Shown piece by piece: positions 57,365-64,000 of a stretch of DNA of 64,000 nt. The notes under the pieces are model-generated. The model was not told the DNA's origin. It ran no database searches and worked only from the letters and a program-made list of their open reading frames with translations. The position numbers and the translations under genes are program-made. Position 1 is the stretch's first letter. Each line of letters starts with the position of its first letter. Origin of the DNA: Candidatus Bathyarchaeia archaeon (GTDB taxonomy: Archaea; Thermoproteota; Bathyarchaeia; 40CM-2-53-6); assembly GCA_050013255.1 (NCBI GenBank), contig JBEKFP010000003.1, positions 1 through 64,000 on the forward strand, read 5' to 3'.

Positions 57365-60337
57365 CTTTCGCTTACGGGTATTGTACCGGACAATGAGGAC
57401 AACTGCAATCGAAAAAATTATCGCCAATAGAAATCCCGCAACGTTCGCAACATTGTAAGCTCCTTGCGTTGACCTCCACGTGGCAGTCATTTCCTTACTG
57501 GAATCCACCTTCACCTCAACAACTGGCGAGTTTGAGATCACATCGCCAATCCATCCCCGAAATTCATGCCCCGCTGTCTGGCTGGGAGTAACGCTCACTA
57601 TCACGGTTGAATTTGCATCATACCATCCTGTCCCGGTTGCGTAGCCATATGCGGAGGTCGCCTGTATGTGGAACTGTTGCGTGTAGTGGAATTGTTTTGA
57701 ACCCCCTGTTGAGAAAATCCAGGTTGGTTCCATCAATAAATATCGGCTTCCAGGTTGTGCCTGAATAAGGGAAGTTAGTTGGATAGTGTGGTTTCCGCCA
57801 CGCTGAAACTCATAGATTATAGTTCTCGCTTGATCCAGACTGACTTCTGAGGCCTCCTGCCCATCAAGTGATACATTTGTTTCCAGTGGTACACCAATGG
57901 AGTCTACCTCTACCCTAGCCGCGTAAACTTTCGCCGCATCAAGTGTCGAGTTCAATGCGTTCACCTTTCCCCATCCCCAGGTCGGCGAACCTGACTGACT
58001 GTTTATTTCCCCAGTAAACGCATCTTGCCTTGCGTCCTGAGTGAGAATATTTCTAATTTGATTGGGACTTAGGTAATGGTTCATTTGAAGCATGAGCGCA
58101 ATCACACCTGTTACATGCGCCGCCGAGAAACTTGTTCCTATAACTATCCGGTGATAGTCGTCGGGATCCGAGAAAAGTAGGCATGAGGTCCCACCACCAC
58201 ATTGCGGCTTGCTAGATGCTCTTGCTGCGGCTATGTTGGCGCTCGGTGCAACAATTTCAGGCTTTGTTCTGCCATCTCTTGTCGGGCCCATGGCGCTATC
58301 ATCAGTGATGCTACCAACGCTTGGAGCATATGAATCATGAATGATTCCGTGTACTAGGTAATTTTGTTGTTGGGAGTAGTCAACCCAGTGTTCGATGCAC
58401 ATAGTGCATCCCGACCACCAAAAGTACTTCGTCATGTAGCCTCCCACGGTTATGACACCTTTCGCCGTTCCTGGATAATCAATTGTGTCGGAAGGGTCGA
58501 GTTTGTATGGGCCGGTTAAGAGGGTAGGCGCTTCGAACACGCCGCTGTCACTTTCTCCCTCCGTCCATGCATCCCATTTTCCATCAATAGCACTTGACGC
58601 TGTTAGAGTGAAGTGCCAACGAAGTGAATTGACTGCTGCAACTGTGATAAACCATTCCTTGCCGCTGGAACGCTGGTCTGGGAGTATCGTGACGTTTCCA
58701 GATGGGGTGGTTACTCCGTATTCAGATGTTGGCCCTGAAACAACGGTGTCATCAGGTGTTGTCACTGTGATTTTGAGAACGTCACTGACTGGATACCAAA
58801 TGTCGATGTAATTCGGGCTGTTAATTGGGTTGTTTGTCCAAGTCACCACCGTTGATTCCCCGGCCGTAAGCGTCCCATCCACATGTTGGTTCGCGTTCCT
58901 CGAGTTTCCAGCCGAAACCACTATCGGTACTCCTTGTGATGCAAGGTCTGCAAATGCAGTCTCCAATGGTTCAGATCCGTCATGTGATCCCAGTGAATCA
59001 CCCAAGCTGAAATTCACCACAAATGGAAGGCCAAGCTCCCGAGCTTTTTTCATGATATAGTTGACACCGTCAAGTGCGGTCGCGTCTGTCCCTTCCGACA
59101 GACTCCCGCCTCGACCATTGGTCGGCGTCACTTTCACAGCTATAATCAGGGCCTCGGGGGCAACTCCCTTGTAGGGTGGGCTTGCTTGGATGCGCCGGAC
59201 CAATGCAGGTTTTCCCACATACGTGGCCTTAAGCCGAATCCAGTATTGGTCAGCGTTCCCGCCAACTGAATCTTTCGACCAATCCAATGGAGGGGTGAAG
59301 AAGATGGTTCCGCTTCGAGTGAGACGCAGCGTATCATTGTCGGAGAATCCCGGGCCAGTAAGTGCAAGGTCCCTGTTTTCGGGGAGTCGGGGAAGTGGCC
59401 CCCAGCTACCCATGCCCTGTGAATACTCCCATGTGAAACCCTCATACGCCCCCGCCGATTGTGTGTCGAAGAATAGTTGGTTGAATTTTTGCGAGTCTCC
59501 GAAGTAAAGGTAGTCAGAAGAGCTACTTAGGAGCGGGAATGGACCGCTAAGGCCTTGACATTGCGTGTGTTCGTCATGCCATCCTGATTCGTCATACAGT
59601 ATGCAGCTCTGAAGTTGCATCGCCGCTTGTCCAGTGCTGGCGGCCACTGCTGCCACAGCGGTCCCGTGGCCAGCAGGTAAGCTTTCAGAGCCGTCAAGTT
59701 CACCGCAAGTTTCCTGCTCAATCTGCTGCCTCGTGCATTCATTTCCGTAATCGAAACCGTCGGGAGGCTTACCTGCGCCAGTCTGGTCCCACAAGGACAT
59801 GATTTTGCTAGTTCCATTCGGAAAGAAGAAATCCTTGTGAGTGAGGTCTATCCCACTATCAACTATTCCAACTACGACCCCGGTTCCATTCACGAGGTTA
59901 CCGTTAGCATCTCGCACCGTGCTCCAAACCTGATCGGCAAGGATATCGGGAACGCTTTTGTCAAGGCTAGGGCTGAGCATTCGCGGGTATGAGATGTGGC
60001 TAACAAAATCAAGAGACGCAACTTGCGGAAGAACGCTCATGGGCAGACGCATGCTCGCCACATGGCCAGTGAACGTTTCCAATTTTCCGAACTCCGCTAG
60101 CTGTCTCATTTGCTCAGGCGAAGGGATATCGGAGAAAACAAGAAGAACACTAACGCGAGAATTCGTCTGGACCAAAGGTTCAGCGAGAAATACGCGCAGC
60201 CCAGGAGCGGCTTTGAGACGAAGTGATACCTGGGGGTCGAAAAAGTAGATCGCACCAACTGCTTGGATTAACGTGGAAATCGCCACGAGAATTAAGAGCG
60301 CAGCAACGGTTTTTCTCGCAACTCTCGCAGAAACCAC
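57350..60337 (-). CDS. Membrane-anchored S8 subtilisin-like serine protease (Csp-like) with inserted domains
   Basis: Triad IVDSG / GHGT / GTSFS, oxyanion SAGN, KPEIVAP, WGWGKVNA; signal peptide and C-terminal TM. Confidence 0.9.
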   Translation of the reverse strand: MVSARVARKTVAALLILVAISTLIQAVGAIYFFDPQVSLRLKAAPGLRVFLAEPLVQTNSRVSVLLVFSDIPSPEQMRQLAEFGKLETFTGHVASMRLPMSVLPQVASLDFVSHISYPRMLSPSLDKSVPDILADQVWSTVRDANGNLVNGTGVVVGIVDSGIDLTHKDFFFPNGTSKIMSLWDQTGAGKPPDGFDYGNECTRQQIEQETCGELDGSESLPAGHGTAVAAVAASTGQAAMQLQSCILYDESGWHDEHTQCQGLSGPFPLLSSSSDYLYFGDSQKFNQLFFDTQSAGAYEGFTWEYSQGMGSWGPLPRLPENRDLALTGPGFSDNDTLRLTRSGTIFFTPPLDWSKDSVGGNADQYWIRLKATYVGKPALVRRIQASPPYKGVAPEALIIAVKVTPTNGRGGSLSEGTDATALDGVNYIMKKARELGLPFVVNFSLGDSLGSHDGSEPLETAFADLASQGVPIVVSAGNSRNANQHVDGTLTAGESTVVTWTNNPINSPNYIDIWYPVSDVLKITVTTPDDTVVSGPTSEYGVTTPSGNVTILPDQRSSGKEWFITVAAVNSLRWHFTLTASSAIDGKWDAWTEGESDSGVFEAPTLLTGPYKLDPSDTIDYPGTAKGVITVGGYMTKYFWWSGCTMCIEHWVDYSQQQNYLVHGIIHDSYAPSVGSITDDSAMGPTRDGRTKPEIVAPSANIAAARASSKPQCGGGTSCLLFSDPDDYHRIVIGTSFSAAHVTGVIALMLQMNHYLSPNQIRNILTQDARQDAFTGEINSQSGSPTWGWGKVNALNSTLDAAKVYAARVEVDSIGVPLETNVSLDGQEASEVSLDQARTIIYEFQRGGNHTIQLTSLIQAQPGSRYLLMEPTWIFSTGGSKQFHYTQQFHIQATSAYGYATGTGWYDANSTVIVSVTPSQTAGHEFRGWIGDVISNSPVVEVKVDSSKEMTATWRSTQGAYNVANVAGFLLAIIFSIAVVLIVRYNTRKRKLVEP

Positions 60338-60692
60338 GTGCCATATCCTTCTATGAAGATGGAGTCGCCATTAATTTGGCACGTCCGAATTCCGTGCGGT
60401 TATGACTGCCGTTATATAAGTAATTTCACGAACGCGCTGAATGTCGCTCAGGAAATTCTTGGCCTCGTAAGGATATTTTTCCGCACACTAGGCCTTAACC
60501 CTCAATTCTATGTCGATTTAAGCGCTTAAACTGATACAGCTGATCTGTGGTCTTAGTGTTGCGCCTGAGGGTGATATGACCAGTATCCAAGAAAGGGTCG
60601 GTCGACGAACACAACATGTTCATCTTTGCTACCGCTGGCTTTAGAGCTATCAAGAGGGGATAGGGAGAGGCGGGACTCGAATTCACGTCGAA

Positions 60693-61853
60693 CTACTGAT
60701 GGAAGTGTTCTAGTCCTTCTTGGAGTCGTTTCAGACCTTCTCTGATCTCAGGCAAAGAAACGGAATAGGACAATCTAAGATGTCCTCCGCCCGCTCTGCC
60801 AAACCCTGATCCGGGAACTGTCGCCACGGAGAATTCTCGAATCAGAGTCTCCGCCACAGCTTCATCGTTCTTGCTGAATTTCGAGATGTTTGGGAAAACG
60901 TAGAAGGCACCTTTCGGCGGTACATAGGAGATTCCATCAATTTCTTTTAATGCCTGCAGGACAACCCCTCTTCTTCTGGCGTATTCTTGAAGCATCTCTC
61001 TGACGCAGTCTTGTGAGCCGTTCAGTGCAGCGTAAGCAGCTTTTTGTGCAATTGTGCTAGCGCAGAGAACTGTATAGTAGTGGAGTTTGCTCATCTGACT
61101 GATCAATCTCCTTTCTGCCGCGACATACCCAATGCGCCAACCAGTCATCGCGTAGCTCTTCGAGAAACCGTTAGCAGTAATGACTCGGTCCGCCATACCG
61201 GGAAGGGAGCCTATACTTGTGTGCTCAGCGCCATCGTAAACAAGTTTCTCGTAGATCTCGTCCGCAAAAACTAAGAGGTCGTTCCTTTCAGCGACCGCAG
61301 CTACTTCTTCCAAATCCTTCTTCGAAAAGAGATGACCCGTGGGATTGACGGGGGAGCCCAGCCACACCATTTTCGTTCTTGGCGTAACATACTGTTCAAG
61401 GTGTTTGGCCTCAATTCGATAGGAAGTTTCCTCGCTGAGAGGAACCGTCACTGGCTTTGCGCCCGCGATCAATGTTTCCTCGAAATAGGCCGGATAATAA
61501 GGATCCAAAACTAGGGCTTCGTCACCACTTCCAAGAAAGGCTAGAGCCGTCAAGAACATAGCCTCCTGTGTGCCTGACACTACCAGAATTCCTTCAGCTC
61601 CGTCGACGGGGAGTTTGTTTTCTCGTGCGAGTTTCTCCGATATTGCCTTCCTCAACTCAGGCAATCCTGGGGTGGGTCCGTAATGTGTGAATCCGTCCTT
61701 CATGGCCTTGCTAGCGGCTTCAACTATATGCTGAGGTGTTGGAAAGTCGGGTTCTCCATGTTCAAAATGCATGACATCTTTCGACTGGGATGCTAGCTCA
61801 ATGAATCTTCTTATCGCCGACTCCTTGACATACTTGAGTCTGCTAGATAGCAC
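60693..61853 (-). CDS. Class I/II PLP aminotransferase (aspartate aminotransferase-like)
   Basis: GEPDFPTP, SPVNPTG, ADEIYE, NGFSKSYAMTGWRIGY, GHLRLSY; GTG 61853 preferred. Confidence 0.93.
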   Translation of the reverse strand: MLSSRLKYVKESAIRRFIELASQSKDVMHFEHGEPDFPTPQHIVEAASKAMKDGFTHYGPTPGLPELRKAISEKLARENKLPVDGAEGILVVSGTQEAMFLTALAFLGSGDEALVLDPYYPAYFEETLIAGAKPVTVPLSEETSYRIEAKHLEQYVTPRTKMVWLGSPVNPTGHLFSKKDLEEVAAVAERNDLLVFADEIYEKLVYDGAEHTSIGSLPGMADRVITANGFSKSYAMTGWRIGYVAAERRLISQMSKLHYYTVLCASTIAQKAAYAALNGSQDCVREMLQEYARRRGVVLQALKEIDGISYVPPKGAFYVFPNISKFSKNDEAVAETLIREFSVATVPGSGFGRAGGGHLRLSYSVSLPEIREGLKRLQEGLEHFHQ

Positions 61854-61858
61854 ATCTC

Positions 61859-62158
61859 TCACGAATTGAGTCTCCCCATCATGAAGCCCCACGCTAAGGT
61901 AACACAACGTCGCGCCAGTGTCTCGGTGGGATCTATGATGCCTATACCCACGCCAAGCCCAACGGCAAATGGTAACTCTGCGCACGCCAGAACTACGGCT
62001 CGCGCTCCTCTCATCATCAAATTGCCTATCAATCCCTTCAGTCGCGCTCCAAGCTAAGATTCTGCTGGTGCTATCACCCCGATTCGTTTCTTTCTAAATT
62101 CTTCCTCGTAGACCCGCGTTTGGAATGTGGCTCTTGACCTGCTTAACCCAAGCAGATG
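61859..62158 (-). pseudogene. Aspartate/glutamate racemase remnant
   Basis: One frame reads LGLSRSRATFQTRVYEEEFRKKRIGVIAPAES*...LMMRGARAVVLACAELPF...IIDPTETLARRCV; internal TAG; N-terminal half missing. Confidence 0.7.
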
Positions 62159-62359
62159 CGACGCGGGAGCAAGAGCCGCCTACAGAAAAATCCGTGAGAA
62201 AGTCCCCATGGTAAAGGAAGACCGCTGCTGATGTTGTAGTCGCGACGATGATTTCTGATGGAAGTTTGCTAGAGGCCGTTGAGTCTTCAGTCGGCAAGCT
62301 CGACTGATTCGCGATACTCTTATTGTGTTGCGCTACCCAAGCTTTAGCGATGAGAAAAA

Positions 62360-62749
62360 TTGGCGTATAAAGCGCTGAAAGCAGCTCGCGGTGCCCCGAG
62401 CGGCCGTAATGCAATGCGTATGATGCAGAAAATGGGAATGAAAGTCGACGAGGTTCCAGCAGTCTCTAAAGTCATCATAAAGACAGCTGGGAAGGACATC
62501 GTAATCGAGGAGCCCAACGTAACCCTGGTTACCGTCCAGGGGCAAGCAATGTATCAGATAGCAGGTGGCCGAGTGTCAGAATCCTCGACCGAAACGCCCA
62601 TTCAAACTGCTCCCTTGGAGTCGGACGTTCAGCTAGTGGCACAGCAGACAGGGAGGTCTTTGGAAGAAGCGAGGAAGGCTTTAGCAGAAGCTAGCGGGGA
62701 CCTAGCGAAGGCAATATTGACTCTTAAGGGTCAGACATCTACGGGCTAG
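62360..62749 (+). CDS. nac: Nascent polypeptide-associated complex protein
   Basis: RMMQKMGM, VIIKT, YQI.G, DVQLVAQQTG...EEARKAL....GDLAKAI. Confidence 0.93.
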   Translation: MAYKALKAARGAPSGRNAMRMMQKMGMKVDEVPAVSKVIIKTAGKDIVIEEPNVTLVTVQGQAMYQIAGGRVSESSTETPIQTAPLESDVQLVAQQTGRSLEEARKALAEASGDLAKAILTLKGQTSTG

Positions 62750-63417
62750 GGCGCAAGTATTGGCGCTTCGATTACTTCGACTTTAGCCATTCTACTCTTA
62801 ATTCGTTTCAATCTGAAGAAGTCTTCGCGTTCCGCTTCTTCAAGGTGCATTTCAATATACCGTATCGTACCCAGCATTCGAGGGATTACAACGTATTCCA
62901 ATGAATTTACGCGTCTCTTAGTGGCCGCTATCGCTTCGGCTAGCTTCTTGACTGCGGCTTCGGCACTGGATAGTTCCGCTATTGCTTTGATAGCCTCAGC
63001 CATTCTCAGCGTTGCTTCATCAAGTTTAACTGATGTGTCATAGACATTGTACGGGAACCCGTTCAGGGGCTTTACATTCACTTGGATGTAGGGGATTGTA
63101 ACGCCAATCACATTTCTTGTCTTTGTCTCAATTGAAAACCTATCATCAACGCCAATTGAAGTCTGCTGAAGTCTCGTGTAACCCATTGCCATTTGGGCTC
63201 CAACGAAATCGTCGTAGGCCTCGGCCAACAAGTTTTGTGCTTTGCTTCTGAGGGCAGTTATCTCGCGGACGAATTGAAAGAATTCGATCATTAGCGCGTC
63301 GAGCTTCTCTCTAAGAAGGTCGCGTCCCCTTTCTGCAATTCTCCGTCTCTTCCGTAACGTGAGGAGTTCCATTCGGGTTGGGTGGACGCCAGCAATCAGT
63401 TCGGGGATCACTTTCAC
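62746..63417 (-). CDS. atpD: A/V-type ATP synthase subunit D
   Basis: [40 protein letters not shown]. Confidence 0.95.
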   Translation of the reverse strand: MKVIPELIAGVHPTRMELLTLRKRRRIAERGRDLLREKLDALMIEFFQFVREITALRSKAQNLLAEAYDDFVGAQMAMGYTRLQQTSIGVDDRFSIETKTRNVIGVTIPYIQVNVKPLNGFPYNVYDTSVKLDEATLRMAEAIKAIAELSSAEAAVKKLAEAIAATKRRVNSLEYVVIPRMLGTIRYIEMHLEEAEREDFFRLKRIKSRMAKVEVIEAPILAP

Positions 63418-64000
63418 GCCCCAGTCCGGTATTTGGGATGATACTGTTTGATTGTTGCTGGGTCTACGCGTTTAAGCTCATTTTCAGGAAGCGCGGCTAG
63501 AAGGTTCCATCCTATCTCTAGCGTTTTCTCAATGTCGCGGTTCTCGTATTCACCTTGCCCAATAAAGCGCCGCTCGAAATCGTCAGCAAACTTCAGGTAT
63601 ATCTTATCCCTAGCTGAGAGTGCTTCTTCTCCCACTACGGCCACTAGGTCTCTGAAGGCTCTGCCCTCGGCGTATGCGTAGTAGAGCTGGTCGGAAACTT
63701 CCCTGTGGTCCTGCCGTGTCCTTTCCTTACCAATGCCTTCGCGCATAAGCCGGGAGAGGGACGGAGATACGTCGATTGGTGGGTAGATACCTTTTCTGTG
63801 TAAGCCCCTGTCCACGATCAATTGGCCTTCGGTGATATAGCCCGTGAGGTTGGGGATGGGATGCGTGATGTCGTCGTGGGGCATTGTCAGAATGGGCATT
63901 TGAGTTATTGATCCCTTCGCACCCCGGATTCTTCCGGCGCGTTCGTATATCGTGGATAGGTCAGTGTAAAGGTAGCCTGGGTAACCTCTTCGTCCGGGGA
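63414..64000 (-). CDS. atpB: A/V-type ATP synthase subunit B, 3' part (continues beyond the window)
   Basis: [56 protein letters not shown]. Confidence 0.97.
   Translation of the reverse strand, partial: PGRRGYPGYLYTDLSTIYERAGRIRGAKGSITQMPILTMPHDDITHPIPNLTGYITEGQLIVDRGLHRKGIYPPIDVSPSLSRLMREGIGKERTRQDHREVSDQLYYAYAEGRAFRDLVAVVGEEALSARDKIYLKFADDFERRFIGQGEYENRDIEKTLEIGWNLLAALPENELKRVDPATIKQYHPKYRTGA

Noticed and set aside
60338-60690. Short ORFs or ncRNA in the gap between the subtilisin and aminotransferase genes
   Set aside because: No recognisable motif, RNA fold or convincing coding signal.

Overview
Archaeal chromosomal window, probably from a TACK lineage such as Bathyarchaeia. The evidence is TFE, aTrm56, MBF1, NAC, A/V-type ATPase B/D, a tRNA with a non-canonical BHB intron, and grpE-dnaK-dnaJ; the taxonomy is inferred. 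The flanks (1-28 kb and 47.7-64 kb) are mostly housekeeping, proteostasis and metabolic genes. The centre holds two tandem accessory segments at tRNA-Val(TAC). (1) A 13.4-kb integrated element (28335-41783) is bounded by a perfect 30-bp att repeat. Its tyrosine integrase appears split by integration: an in-frame ATG lies at the opposite end, just before attR. The right end is an apparent operon: palindrome-flanked promoter, orphan Cas2/VapD-like gene, two ORFs each bounded by a 15-26-bp stop/RBS/start direct repeat, then int(N). This is the most novel-looking structure in the window. (2) A 5.8-kb segment (41784-47609) ends in a degenerate att copy followed by an APC-permease remnant. It encodes a candidate signalling module: SnoaL-like membrane sensor, paralogous 3-TM partner, KaiC/RecA-type ATPase fused to a class III nucleotide cyclase, RHH regulator and pilin-like protein. 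Also found were features missing from the ORF track: a racemase pseudogene, a TlpA remnant, a 58-aa Zn-finger ORF and a 39-aa ORF. A subtilisin carries a baseplate-like inserted domain. All functional calls come from reading motifs by eye; no database searches were run.
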